Shown here piece by piece: positions 44,053 through 54,147 of a DNA stretch of 64,000 nt. This stretch comes from an uncultured bacterium. Its GTDB lineage: Bacteria > Krumholzibacteriota > Krumholzibacteriia > WVZY01 > JAKEHA01. The notes beneath the pieces were generated by a model. The model worked only from the letters and a program-made list of their open reading frames with translations. It was not told the DNA's origin and did no database searches. A program made the position numbers and the translations under genes. The stretch spans positions 799 through 64,798 of the forward strand of contig CAZLLI010000004.1 of assembly GCA_964560355.1 (NCBI GenBank), in the 5' to 3' direction. The stretch's first letter is position 1; the number at the start of each line of letters is the position of its first letter.

Positions 44053-44090
44053 GAATCGCCGCCCGCGCGTCGTTGCGCGAGCGGCGATCC
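44053..44090 (-). terminator. Intrinsic terminator for the 44130-44543 gene
   Basis: The stem is atcgccgc...gcggcgat. On the minus strand it is followed by a T9 tract (the A-run at 44044-44052 on the plus strand). Confidence 0.55.
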
Positions 44091-44129
44091 AACTCGGGCG
44101 CTCGATGCGCCCACCCAGATCGAAGAGAA

Positions 44130-44543
44130 TTACATCGAGCCGTTGCGACGCTGCTGTTGTTGCGCGTCCCACTCGCGCTTGTCGAGCGCGCCCGCGATCA
44201 ACAGACCGATGCCGATGAACATCGGGATCAATCCCCACATGCCGCCGTCGGTGAACCCCTCCTGGGCGGTCATTGCGATCGTCAGCGCCAAGCCGATGCC
44301 GGTGAGCACGAGTCCGTTGGCGCGACGGCCGGAGTACTTGGGACGTTCCGTCTCGACCGCGGGAGTCGGGATGGGCATGCCCTTCTCCATGGCGAGAATG
44401 CGCTCGCGGTGTTCGAGCTCCTTGCGCCGGCCGTTCATGACCACGGCGGTTACGGCGATAAAGACACCCCCGAGCACGCCGATAATGGGGATGAAAACGG
44501 CGACTACTTCCGCGTCGACCCAACCGAGGATGGGGTGATGCAT
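44130..44543 (-). CDS. Small membrane protein (DUF6249-like), divergent from ECF sigma gene
   Basis: It has three hydrophobic helices. 'NGRRKELEHRERILAMEKGMPIP' resembles DUF6249 as I recall it, which I have not verified. Confidence 0.55.
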   Translation of the reverse strand: MHHPILGWVDAEVVAVFIPIIGVLGGVFIAVTAVVMNGRRKELEHRERILAMEKGMPIPTPAVETERPKYSGRRANGLVLTGIGLALTIAMTAQEGFTDGGMWGLIPMFIGIGLLIAGALDKREWDAQQQQRRNGSM

Positions 44544-44743
44544 AACGAGCTTCCTTTCTTAAGTATCTATTTCTTCGCGAGTTGGCCTCCGATGGGGAGC
44601 CGTCTCGTCGCAATCACCCCCTGTGACCGCGCCCGTCCCGTCCGCGTTTCAAGAACTTTTGGGCGGGTCGCGGGCCGCCGCTCCGCTAAGATAGATGAAA
44701 CCGGCGGGCCCCCCGCCCGGTCCCATTTTCCGGAGACGATGAA

Positions 44744-45319
44744 TTGTCGAACGACCAGGATCGCGAGCTCGTCGCACGGGCGCTGCGCGGAGACGCTCGG
44801 GCGTTTCGCGACCTCGTCGGCAAGCACCACGCAACCGCGTACGCGGTGGTGCGGGCGGTACTGGGACCGCAGCGCTTCGACGACGTCGACGACGTAATGC
44901 AGCTCGTATACTTGAAGACGTACCAGGGACTCGGGAGCTTTCGCGGCGAATCGAAGTTCTCCACGTGGCTCTATCAGATCGCGCGCCGCGAAGCGCTCGA
45001 CGTGGTGTCGAAGCGCCGCGTCGACTCCACCTCTATCGACGACGTCGAAATCGCCGCGCGCGCGGACGACGCCCCCGACGTCGCCACCTTCAACCGCGAC
45101 ACGCGCGAGCGCGTGGAACGCGCCATGGGCGAGCTGGACGAGTCCTACCGCACCGCCATCGAGCTGCGCTACATGGCGGAGAAATCCTATGAGGAGATCG
45201 CGGATTTGATGCACTTGCCGGTCGGCACCGTGAAGACGTATGTTCATCGCGGCAAGCTGGACTTGAAGCGCATCCTGTCGCGCCCGACGTGGCGCGAGCG
45301 CAAGGACGCCGTGAGCTGA
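44744..45319 (+). CDS. ECF-type RNA polymerase sigma factor
   Basis: The region-2 motif is 'FSTWLYQIARREALD' and the region-4 HTH is 'SYEEIADLMHLPVGTVKTYVHRGK'. The start is TTG at 44744. Confidence 0.85.
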   Translation: MSNDQDRELVARALRGDARAFRDLVGKHHATAYAVVRAVLGPQRFDDVDDVMQLVYLKTYQGLGSFRGESKFSTWLYQIARREALDVVSKRRVDSTSIDDVEIAARADDAPDVATFNRDTRERVERAMGELDESYRTAIELRYMAEKSYEEIADLMHLPVGTVKTYVHRGKLDLKRILSRPTWRERKDAVS

Positions 45320-45858
45320 TGAATCGATTCCACAGCATGGAGTGCGAACGCGTCGAAGCGATGCTGCCGCTGTTCGTCGCGCGCGAGCTGCCCGCCGATG
45401 AAAGCGCGGCGGTGTCGTCGCACGTGAACGGCTGCGAGCGCTGTCGCGAAGCGCTGGCCGCGTACACCGCGCTCGAAACCGTGCTGGTGGCGCGGCGCGC
45501 CGAAGTGCCGCCCGTCGATGGCTTCCTCCCCGACCTGCGCGCCGCGCGCGCGAGCATGCGCGCACGCACGAGCTGGGCGCTGCGCGGTTTCCGCGCCGTC
45601 ATGAGCGTGCCCGGCGTGGCGTCGATGCTGGTGGTGTGGGGAGCGCTCTTGGTTGCGCGCTACAACACGCAGATCACCAACGACGTCGCCCAGAAGTCGA
45701 CGCTCGAGCGCATTCCGGCGCTCGTGAAGCACGGCATCGACGCGATGGTGTCGGCGGCGGGCGGCGACGCGTGGACGCTTACCGCGGTATACGGCGCGCT
45801 CGCGATCGGCGTGATCGTTTCGGCGGGCGCTCTGACGATGCGCTTGGTGCGCGAGTAG
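45319..45858 (+). CDS. Anti-sigma factor (zf-HC2 type), membrane-anchored
   Basis: The HxxxCxxC motif lies in 'SHVNGCERC'. ATG at 45319 overlaps the sigma gene stop (TGATG). Predicted TM helices are present. Confidence 0.7.
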   Translation: MNRFHSMECERVEAMLPLFVARELPADESAAVSSHVNGCERCREALAAYTALETVLVARRAEVPPVDGFLPDLRAARASMRARTSWALRGFRAVMSVPGVASMLVVWGALLVARYNTQITNDVAQKSTLERIPALVKHGIDAMVSAAGGDAWTLTAVYGALAIGVIVSAGALTMRLVRE

Positions 45859-46504
45859 GGCGCGCGTAGCGCGTGAGGTAGGACGGCGCGGCCACACCGC
45901 GCTTGAGCTTCGAGTCTCGGATCGGCTTCCCAAATCCCTTCACGATCGGCAGCACTCCCGCCCAGATATCCAGCGCGTAGTCCTCGTCGTCGTCGATGGG
46001 ACCGCCGGTGCGAATCTTCGCCGACGCCTCGTCGATCGGCAACTCCAGGATCCAGGTCGCTTTCATTTCCTTCGCATTCGGTTGCCGGCAATCGTCCCAG
46101 CGTCCGGGAATGAGATGCTCGACCAGCGCGCGCAGCGCGTTCATCTTCGCGCGCGGCTCTTCGATCAGGCGCGCTCTTCCGAGCAGCATCACCGAGCGAT
46201 AGTTCATCGAGCTGTGGAACGCCGAGCGCGCGACCACCAACTGGTCGGCGAGCGTCACGGTGAGACACAGCTGCACGCCGTCGTCGAGCGCGCGCAGCAT
46301 GCGACTCGCCGCCGAGCCGTGGACCAGCACGCGGTCGCCGTCGCGCGCGTGGAGCGTCGGAATCACGAACGGCTGCCCGTCGACCACGAACCCGACGTGG
46401 CACACCAGCCCTTCGTCCAGGATGGCGTCGATAGTGGTGCGGTCGTAGTGCCCGCGCTTCGGCAGGCGTCGCACGCGCGTGCGGGGCGTCGGGTGCTTCT
46501 TCAT
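45779..46504 (-). CDS. Pyridoxamine 5'-phosphate oxidase-family FMN-binding protein
   Basis: The motif is 'RRLPKRGHYDRTTIDAILDEGLVCHVGFVVDGQPFVIPTLHARDGDRVLVHGSAASR'. ATG at 46504 overlaps the nth stop (ATGA). Confidence 0.75.
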   Translation of the reverse strand: MKKHPTPRTRVRRLPKRGHYDRTTIDAILDEGLVCHVGFVVDGQPFVIPTLHARDGDRVLVHGSAASRMLRALDDGVQLCLTVTLADQLVVARSAFHSSMNYRSVMLLGRARLIEEPRAKMNALRALVEHLIPGRWDDCRQPNAKEMKATWILELPIDEASAKIRTGGPIDDDEDYALDIWAGVLPIVKGFGKPIRDSKLKRGVAAPSYLTRYARPTRAPSASSERPPKRSRRSRARRIPR

Positions 46505-47301
46505 TCGATCAGCTTCGGGCAGTGTTCCGCGGCCGGGCACTCGTCGCACTTCGGGTTGCGCGCGGTGCAGCAGCGACGGCCGTGCCACGGAATCAAATGA
46601 GACAGCGATATCCACGTGCTCTCCGGGAAGATCACCATCATGTCGCGCTCGACCTTGTCGGCGTCGTGCTGGATCGAAAAGCCCATGCGGTTCGAGAGGC
46701 GCAGCATGTGGGTGTCGACCACGACGCCGGGCACGCCGTAGATGTTGGCGAGGATCACGTTCGCGGTCTTGCGCCCGACGCCGGGGAGCTTGAGCAAGTC
46801 CTCCATCGTGCGCGGCATCTCGCCGTTGAACTGCTCGACCAGTAGTTTGGCAGCGGCCTTGATGGCCTTGGTCTTGTTGTTGAAGAAGCCCGTGCTCTTG
46901 ATTTCTTCCTTGAGCACATCATCCTTCGCGTTCAAGTAGTCGCGCACGGTACGGTACTTTTTGAACAGAGCCGGCGTCACCATGTTGACGCGCGCGTCCG
47001 TGCACTGCGCGGCGAGGATGGTCGAGACCAGTGCTTCGAGCGCGTTGGTGAAATCGAGCTCGCAGCGCGCGTCGGGGTAGGCTTCCTTCAAATCGTCGAG
47101 GAGCGCGAGCGCGCGCCGGCGCAACTCGGGTGTCACCACGATGGGGGCCGATTTCGGGGCCGTGGCCCGGCGCGAGGCAGGCTTGGGCGCAGCGGGCTTT
47201 GCCTTCCTTGGAACGTGCTTGCTCGCGACGACCGGCCGCGGATTGCGGGGCGCTTTGCGTCGCTGCGATCGTGCAGTGGTGCGCTTCATGACGCGCAGCA
47301 T
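46501..47301 (-). CDS. nth: Endonuclease III with basic N-terminal extension
   Basis: The HhH motif is 'LPGVGRKTANVIL'. The Fe-S cluster motif Cx6Cx2Cx5C lies in 'CTARNPKCDECPAAEHC'. Confidence 0.85.
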   Translation of the reverse strand: MLRVMKRTTARSQRRKAPRNPRPVVASKHVPRKAKPAAPKPASRRATAPKSAPIVVTPELRRRALALLDDLKEAYPDARCELDFTNALEALVSTILAAQCTDARVNMVTPALFKKYRTVRDYLNAKDDVLKEEIKSTGFFNNKTKAIKAAAKLLVEQFNGEMPRTMEDLLKLPGVGRKTANVILANIYGVPGVVVDTHMLRLSNRMGFSIQHDADKVERDMMVIFPESTWISLSHLIPWHGRRCCTARNPKCDECPAAEHCPKLIE

Positions 47302-47322
47302 AACGCGTTTTCGAAGCGCGCG

Positions 47323-48117
47323 CTAGCGGACCGGAAAGCGCGTGCTCGCGCCCACGAACACACGCCAGTCTTCGGTGTCTTCGGCCAGGCCTCGATAGAC
47401 ACCGGCGTCAAACTGCCAATTGTCTCGCACGATGTAGGTGACGCCGGCGTCGAGTGTGGTGTCGTCGATGGCGTCGTTGTCGAAGCTGTCGCGCGACACG
47501 TACAGCTCCAAGAAGCCGGACAGGTTTCCGACGATGGCGGTGCCGAAGGAACCCGACACCGAGCCCCAGTAGTCGTCGTTGTCGACGCGCGTGAATCCCG
47601 CCATGGTGCTGAACGCCGCATTCTCGCCGATCGGAAACGAGAGCGGCGCGAACATTCCCCACGTCACGAAGTCAAAGGTCGAATTGCCGCGCGTCGGCAC
47701 GCTCGCGAAGGGGAGCAGCGCGAACGCGATGCCGCCGTCGTCGTTGCCCGCTAGGTTGAACTTCAGGCGCACGCCCGCGTGACCGGTGCCGCTGTCGTCG
47801 TCGTCGGGCTGTCCGGCGACTTCGACGTTCACGTCTTCCCACGGAATGAACGTGAATTGGAAGTCGATGCTGCGCGTGAGACCATACTTCGCGTTGAGCG
47901 TGAAGACGTCGGCCGTCGTGACGCGCTCGTGGTTGCCGTTGATGCGTCCCACCGAATAGAGATCGGATTCGATCTGCACGTACCCGCGCGGTACCGTGTA
48001 TGGACTTTCAGTGCGGTCGGGGCGGTCGGTGGCGAGTGGGCGCACGTCGGACTGCGCGAACGCCGGGATAGCGCTCGCGACAGCGAGCGCGATAAACACT
48101 CCACGCACGGGATTCAT
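47323..48117 (-). CDS. Outer-membrane beta-barrel transporter-like protein (MetA-pathway/phenol-degradation-like family)
   Basis: A signal peptide is present. 'DRPDRTESPYTVPRGYVQIE' is typical of that family as I recall it. The C-terminus ends in an aromatic-rich strand. Confidence 0.6.
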   Translation of the reverse strand: MNPVRGVFIALAVASAIPAFAQSDVRPLATDRPDRTESPYTVPRGYVQIESDLYSVGRINGNHERVTTADVFTLNAKYGLTRSIDFQFTFIPWEDVNVEVAGQPDDDDSGTGHAGVRLKFNLAGNDDGGIAFALLPFASVPTRGNSTFDFVTWGMFAPLSFPIGENAAFSTMAGFTRVDNDDYWGSVSGSFGTAIVGNLSGFLELYVSRDSFDNDAIDDTTLDAGVTYIVRDNWQFDAGVYRGLAEDTEDWRVFVGASTRFPVR

Positions 48118-48214
48118 GCTTCGCAGTATACGAGGCGTTCGCGCGAAAGGGAATCGCGACGGCGCGCGAGCCGTCGATTAGGAGGAGGCTAAATTGTAGA
48201 AGAAGACTAAATCG

Positions 48215-49972
48215 TCAGCGCGCGCGCGCGGCGAACGCCTTGCGCACCGCGGCCGGGGTGTGCGTGTTGAAGACGTCGTCCTTGGTGAGCCAGCCCTTGC
48301 GCGCGACGCCGACGCCGTAGCGGTAATACGCGATCTCGTGGATGTGGTGGGCGTCGGGATTGATGACGAATTGCACGCCGATGTCCTTGGCGGTGCGAAT
48401 GTGGCGCCAGTCCAAGTCGAGCCGGTACGGGTGGGCGTTGATCTCGATGAGCACCTTGTGCTTCGCGCACGCTTCGAATATCGCGACCAAATTCACCGGA
48501 TAACCGTCGCGCGAGAGCAGCAGCCTCCCGGTAGGGTGTCCCAGCATGGTGGTGAAGGGGTTCGACGCCGCGGTGACGATGCGCTTGGTCATTTCGGCTT
48601 CGGTGCCCGTGAATTGTCCGTGCACCGACGCCACCACGTAGTCGAAGGTGGCCAGCGTCTCGTCGTCGTAATCGAGGCGGCCGTCTTGCAGAATGTCGCT
48701 CTCGATCCCCGCGAAGAGCACGAACGGTTTCAGCTCCGCGTTGAGGGCGGCGATCTCCTTCAGCTGCTTCGCCACTTTCTCTTGGGTGAGACCGCCCGCG
48801 TACACCGCGGTCTGGCTGTGATCCGCGATGCCGAGGTAGTCGAGCCCCAGCTCCTTCGCTGCCTCCGCCATCTCGCGCAGCGTCGAACGCCCGTCGCTCG
48901 CGGTGGTGTGGCAGTGGAAGGTGCCGCGAATGTCGCCGACTTCGATCAGCTTGGGGAGCGCGCGCTCTTCGGCCGCCTCGATCTCGCCCGCGTTCTCGCG
49001 CATCTCGGGCGGAATCCAGTCCATCCCCAGCTTCGCGAACAACGCCGGCTCGTCCTTGATCTTCACCGCGTCTTCGCCCTTGAACAACCCGTACTCGTTG
49101 AGCTTGTAGCCCAGCTTCTTGGCGCGCGCGCGCACTTCCGTGTTGTGCTCCTTGCTGCCCGTGAAGTAGTGGAGCGCGGCGGGGAATTCGTCGTCTTTCA
49201 CCACGCGCAGGTCGACGTGGATGCCCGACTTCATGATGACGCTCGACTTCGTCGGTCCCTTGGCGATCACCGTGGCGACGTTGGGGAGCGTCGTGAACAC
49301 GTCCATCACCGGGTCCGCGTGCTCCGCGGTGGCGAGAATGTCGATGTCGCCGATCGTCTCCTTGAAGCGGCGCAAGCTCCCGCCGATCACCGCGTGCTCC
49401 ACCCCCTTCACCGCGCGCACCGCGCCCAGAATCGCGCTCGCCTCGTCGAACGCCACGCTATAAAGGAAGCGCTGCGAGTATTTTCGGTAGCGCGCGACCG
49501 CGTTCAGAATGTTGAGCTGCGTCTTCTCGCCGAACCCCGGCAGCACCGCCAGCTTGCCGTCGCGCCCCGCCTGCTCCAACTCGTCGACCGACTTCACGCC
49601 CAGCTTGTCGTACACCGCTTTGACTTTCTTCGGCCCCATCCCCGTGACCCGCAGCATCTCCAGCACGCCCGCCGGGACCTTCTTGCGCAGCTTCTCGTAC
49701 TCATCGAAGGTGCCCGTCTCCAGCATCGACTTCACGTCGGCGAAGATCGACTTGCCGATGCCGCGCACTTCCAACAACTCGCCGCTCTCGACCAGCTTCT
49801 GCAAATCGTCGGAAAGGTCCTCGATCGCCGCGGACCCATTCTCGAACGCACGAATACGAAACGGATTGTCGCCCGTGATCTCGAGCATGGCCGCGACGTC
49901 GCGCAGAGCACGCGCAACATCCGCCTTGCTGACGGCGACGCGAGGAGGTGTGGGCTTGCGCGAACTCGTCAT
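48215..49972 (-). CDS. PolX-family DNA polymerase with C-terminal PHP domain
   Basis: N-terminal HhH repeats are followed by the nucleotidyltransferase motif 'GGSLRRFKETIGDIDIL'. The PHP motif is 'HCHTTASDG...ADHS'. Confidence 0.85.
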   Translation of the reverse strand: MTSSRKPTPPRVAVSKADVARALRDVAAMLEITGDNPFRIRAFENGSAAIEDLSDDLQKLVESGELLEVRGIGKSIFADVKSMLETGTFDEYEKLRKKVPAGVLEMLRVTGMGPKKVKAVYDKLGVKSVDELEQAGRDGKLAVLPGFGEKTQLNILNAVARYRKYSQRFLYSVAFDEASAILGAVRAVKGVEHAVIGGSLRRFKETIGDIDILATAEHADPVMDVFTTLPNVATVIAKGPTKSSVIMKSGIHVDLRVVKDDEFPAALHYFTGSKEHNTEVRARAKKLGYKLNEYGLFKGEDAVKIKDEPALFAKLGMDWIPPEMRENAGEIEAAEERALPKLIEVGDIRGTFHCHTTASDGRSTLREMAEAAKELGLDYLGIADHSQTAVYAGGLTQEKVAKQLKEIAALNAELKPFVLFAGIESDILQDGRLDYDDETLATFDYVVASVHGQFTGTEAEMTKRIVTAASNPFTTMLGHPTGRLLLSRDGYPVNLVAIFEACAKHKVLIEINAHPYRLDLDWRHIRTAKDIGVQFVINPDAHHIHEIAYYRYGVGVARKGWLTKDDVFNTHTPAAVRKAFAARAR

Positions 49973-49996
49973 TCTGAAGCGTCCAGAAAGAAGGGG

Positions 49997-52900
49997 CTAC
50001 TTCAGAATCGTCATTTTCTTCGTGTCGGTAAACGAACCCGCCTTCAATTTGTAGAAATATGTCCCACTGGAGACGATTGCTCCATTGTCGTTGCGGCCGC
50101 CCCAAATCACTTTGTACGCCCCGCGCTCACGACGCTCATTGACCAATTCGCGAACCCGACGCCCCGCCACGTCGTAGATCGTGAGCGTGACATGCCTCGC
50201 ATCCTTGATCGAGAACGCCAGGGTCGTCGTGGGATTGAACGGGTTCGGGAAGTTCTGTTCGAGGCGGTCGTGGTACACGCGTGCGACCGCTGGATCGAAC
50301 GACACGCTCAATCCGCCGGACATAGAGGCAACAATCTGGCTGCCCGCGGCTGACTCGAGAAGCACGTCGCCAGTCACGAGTACAAATTCCTCGTCGACAA
50401 CGTCGAATGGTTCGGTGCCCGTGACAGAGAACACGATTTCTCCTAGGTTCGCATCCGAATCCGAGAACGTGTCCGAAACAAGAGCTCCAAAGTACAATTG
50501 CTTTTCGCCATCGCGATCCACCGGCGCGAATGCAACTGTCCCAATGGGACTTTGAGCGGGGCGCCACTCGGCAAATGCAAGGCGGTCGTTGCGTGCTGCC
50601 AACGCGAATAGGGAGGTCGTAACGTCGGAGAAGTTGGCAACGCTAACCCCCACGATGAGCTGATGACTGGTAGCAGTCGGATACTCCTCCGTGAACTGGA
50701 GGCTTACCGACGCATCTGACTGCGTCACCGCCGCCGGAGCGTTCGATGGCCCGTACTGGCTGCCGTGATTATTGTGTGTTCCAAAAACTGAGAAATCCTC
50801 GATGCGGATCTTTCCATCACCATTAAAGTCCCGGCAATCGTTCGGTGGCGCCGGATCCTGTGGATAACCGCCTTGCCCGAAAAGGGCGAAGTCCTGAAGA
50901 TTGACGTTCCCGCTCCCGTTCAGATCGGGCGATCGGAGTGTAACGACGGCCTGAGTTGACAGGGGGTACCCGTTCAGGAGGACGTCGGCTGCATCGCCGT
51001 TCGAACAAATGCAATTCGGCGGAGGCGACGGATTCGCCCGGCCGCCAAACCCTCGGTGCCCAATCTTCGTCGTGTAGTTGGGGGCGGTCGCGGCGCCATC
51101 GGCCATGAGAAGACCGTCCGCGTCGAAGACCGTAGCAACGAGATCCTGTATGTCCAGTCGAAGCTCGTCAGCGGCGATTGTGCGACTCACGACGCCTTCA
51201 TCAAGATCGACACTTATTTCGGTCCGCGAAAGAGTATTCACTGCCGGACACGCGTCGCCCGCCGGGCACGTCGGAACAACACCCGATGGGGAAACCGATA
51301 CTGTTGCATTCGGAACGCACCCAACGTCAAACGCCCCCACTCGCTCGCCGAAATAGCCCTGACTTGGTGTCACGGGCGCAACAGCGGGTGAAGAGGCGTA
51401 GAGTTGATAGTCGCCCGAGCCAGCGCTGCAGAACTGCGGATTCAGATTGTAGACGACTTGACCGTTGGCCTGCCATTCCGCGTCAGTGGGCGATCCGCTC
51501 GCGGAGGCATTCTGGAACACGACGGAGTGCTGCATCGTGGGCGTCCCCGAGACCACCCGAACCGCCGGTCCACCGTTGAACGCAATTACGCACTTGTCGA
51601 CTGCAATCGAGCTGCCTCCCTGCACGATTGTCGCCGACTCGGTGTTGTTCGCGACCGTGCACTTTGTGAGTGAAGCACTGCCCGTTCGCATATCGATGCC
51701 GGTCGCATTGTCGGAAAACAGAGTGCCGTTCGCGGTTACACTTGCATACCCCTCGACGGCGGTCGCGCATCCCGCGAAAACACAATTGGCCAGGGTAACA
51801 GGGGCATAGTTCGACATCGCCAAGGCATCGCCCGTAAACATACAAGCGTCGAACGAACTAGCGCCGGCGAGAATCGAAACTGTCGAGGCGCCACAGTCGA
51901 TGAAACTCGTGGCACTCGCTGTCACTCCCGCCCGTGCGAGAACTGCCGTCGCGCAATCACGGATCTCACACCCGGTCAGCGTCAGCGGGACATAGCTCTC
52001 GATCCCCGTAGACGCATTTTCAAGGACGGTGTGGGAAACGCTCACCGCGCTCCCAGACTCGCACGTGATTCCAACCCAATCACTGTTCGTCCTGGGGCCC
52101 CACGATTCAAAAACGATGGGGTCTTCTTCGGCACCGAAGGCCGTCAATTCGCCAGCCACATTGATCTCGATGCGATTCACGTCAGCGCCCAAAGCGGAAA
52201 GGTCCTCATTGAAAATCTTGACGTGAGTGTCCGCGGCAATCTCAAGCGCTCCTCCTTCCGGCACCGTTACGTCACCCATTACAAAAACATCTCCTTCCCA
52301 TGTACGCAACGCGCCACCGGGTGTGAGAACACCAAACTCGTACTCGTATACAAACGCGTTCAGCGGGTTCGTAAAGAACTCAGGAAATGCGGCGGCGCAT
52401 CCTACTGCAATGACCACAGATCCTATCGAACGCCCGAACTCAGTCACCGTGACCGATGCGCTTACCAGATCACCAACCGTGACTGACGGAGTGAAGGTAA
52501 TTGGTTCGATGAAGACAATATCCTCAGGGTGCAGCTGTAGAGTACCCTCCTTCCTAGAATAACCCAGAACCCACCCGGTCGGGACGATGGCCACCAACGG
52601 AGAATTGTTTGGAACCTGTGCCCGCGCATTTCCACGAATACGAATCTGCAACTCATGCTCAGAATCATCATCAAAGTACTCACCTGCGCGAAATACCATG
52701 TAATCCGTGCCATAGGCGTAGACATCGACGTAGTCCCTTGACAGGTCAGCCGCCACATATATGTCTGTGATGAGCGTCGCGTTGCTCTCGTCAGATGCAC
52801 CTAGTACGAAATCCGGCGGCAGAATCCGGACGTTCCAACAGCCACGACTTCCAACGGGCTGAGGCGGACAGTCAACCGGCGTCATGGGCGTCGCCTCATG

Positions 52901-54079
52901 GGACGTGCAGTTGTCCTGGAAGAAACCGAAGTCTTGAACCGTGTTTACCGGACCAAGCCCGAACTCGGAATCGGCAGTGAACTCTGGCGCATTCGCGAAC
53001 TTTGCCGCGAGGTAGTTCCCAAATACGCGATTCAGTCGATCCTTGTCATTCGTACCACCTACCCAATCGTAGTCGCCGTCCCAGAGAACTTGCGCGAGAT
53101 TCTCCAGCCGCAATCGCTTGTACGATGGCTCCGTGTCGTTCCGGATCCAACGATAGAGGACATCGTCCGTTTCGTCCGATGGATTGCCTTTAAAGACCTC
53201 ATAGAGATAAATCATCCAGGGCTTGTAGACTTGGTACTTTGGTGAAGGAGAACCGAATCGCGGAATGTCACATGGCTCGTTGTCCATGATCGACGCGTCA
53301 TAGGGCAAATCGAAAACCAGAGGACGCCAGCCATCCAGCAGATACTCGGCCAATGTCGATAAGGACTCATTGATTCCGTCGTAACCACCAGAGCCGTTTG
53401 CAGCGAAACATAGATGCTGCAACTCGTGGCCGACAGCCATCGATAGAAAGTCGGCATCGGTTATTGGCGCGCAAGGTACTTCTGGATCGCAAAGATCAGG
53501 ACAAGGGTAGTCAGATGCGTTCAGGATCAGAATGTTGTCGGCTTGACTCGAGGCACCTTGGCAGGCCACGCCGAATGACGGCGGGCATGGGCATGGCAGG
53601 TCCGATGTATCGTAGGCCAGCAGCACTATCTTCGCGTACGTGGTGTAGCCGATTGTGAACTTGACGCCAGCGTACGAATCGTTTTGATCGGCTTCCTCGC
53701 GCATGAAGTAGTTCCATACAATTCCAAAAACATCGTCGTCAGTAATCGTTGTATCATTGTTTGAGATAGATCCGATGACGTCCTCCCACTCACTCTGTGA
53801 CCAACGATTGGAGACGCTATCGCTCACATATAGTTCAAACACCTGATCAAATGCTGGGAACAAGGAGGACACATTGAACTCATTGGGATATGTGCTGATG
53901 TCGCTTCCGAATAGGTGTAAGATATCGCCAAGCGCCGCTGCATAAGCGGCTGTCGAATCGGAAAGCACGCAGAGCGGCATCGGGACTTCTTGGGCCTGCC
54001 CGTTCCTCGCGGCAGGAAGACTTAAGAGAACGAATAGTGGAGTCGCAAAGGAGCGCAAACAAGGAAGACGCCGTTTCAT
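49997..54079 (-). CDS. 1360-aa secreted multidomain protein: HExxH domain, beta-helix repeats, dockerin-like pair, T9SS-type C-terminal domain
   Basis: A signal peptide is present. 'HELQH' is encoded at 53414-53428. A Cys/Ala/Thr-rich repeat region resembles a parallel beta-helix. 'DLNGSGNVNLQDF' and 'DFNGDGKIRIEDF' lie at about 50780-50935. The C-terminus is 'FPNPFNPTTTLAF....LTIYDVAGRRV....GTYFYKL'. GC is much lower than in the flanks. Confidence 0.75.
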   Translation of the reverse strand: MKRRLPCLRSFATPLFVLLSLPAARNGQAQEVPMPLCVLSDSTAAYAAALGDILHLFGSDISTYPNEFNVSSLFPAFDQVFELYVSDSVSNRWSQSEWEDVIGSISNNDTTITDDDVFGIVWNYFMREEADQNDSYAGVKFTIGYTTYAKIVLLAYDTSDLPCPCPPSFGVACQGASSQADNILILNASDYPCPDLCDPEVPCAPITDADFLSMAVGHELQHLCFAANGSGGYDGINESLSTLAEYLLDGWRPLVFDLPYDASIMDNEPCDIPRFGSPSPKYQVYKPWMIYLYEVFKGNPSDETDDVLYRWIRNDTEPSYKRLRLENLAQVLWDGDYDWVGGTNDKDRLNRVFGNYLAAKFANAPEFTADSEFGLGPVNTVQDFGFFQDNCTSHEATPMTPVDCPPQPVGSRGCWNVRILPPDFVLGASDESNATLITDIYVAADLSRDYVDVYAYGTDYMVFRAGEYFDDDSEHELQIRIRGNARAQVPNNSPLVAIVPTGWVLGYSRKEGTLQLHPEDIVFIEPITFTPSVTVGDLVSASVTVTEFGRSIGSVVIAVGCAAAFPEFFTNPLNAFVYEYEFGVLTPGGALRTWEGDVFVMGDVTVPEGGALEIAADTHVKIFNEDLSALGADVNRIEINVAGELTAFGAEEDPIVFESWGPRTNSDWVGITCESGSAVSVSHTVLENASTGIESYVPLTLTGCEIRDCATAVLARAGVTASATSFIDCGASTVSILAGASSFDACMFTGDALAMSNYAPVTLANCVFAGCATAVEGYASVTANGTLFSDNATGIDMRTGSASLTKCTVANNTESATIVQGGSSIAVDKCVIAFNGGPAVRVVSGTPTMQHSVVFQNASASGSPTDAEWQANGQVVYNLNPQFCSAGSGDYQLYASSPAVAPVTPSQGYFGERVGAFDVGCVPNATVSVSPSGVVPTCPAGDACPAVNTLSRTEISVDLDEGVVSRTIAADELRLDIQDLVATVFDADGLLMADGAATAPNYTTKIGHRGFGGRANPSPPPNCICSNGDAADVLLNGYPLSTQAVVTLRSPDLNGSGNVNLQDFALFGQGGYPQDPAPPNDCRDFNGDGKIRIEDFSVFGTHNNHGSQYGPSNAPAAVTQSDASVSLQFTEEYPTATSHQLIVGVSVANFSDVTTSLFALAARNDRLAFAEWRPAQSPIGTVAFAPVDRDGEKQLYFGALVSDTFSDSDANLGEIVFSVTGTEPFDVVDEEFVLVTGDVLLESAAGSQIVASMSGGLSVSFDPAVARVYHDRLEQNFPNPFNPTTTLAFSIKDARHVTLTIYDVAGRRVRELVNERRERGAYKVIWGGRNDNGAIVSSGTYFYKLKAGSFTDTKKMTILK

Positions 54080-54147
54080 TTCTAAACCTCCCCGGGGCTA
54101 AAAATGGCACCTAGCGGAAGAAATCGCAGCAGGCCGCGATGGCCTGA

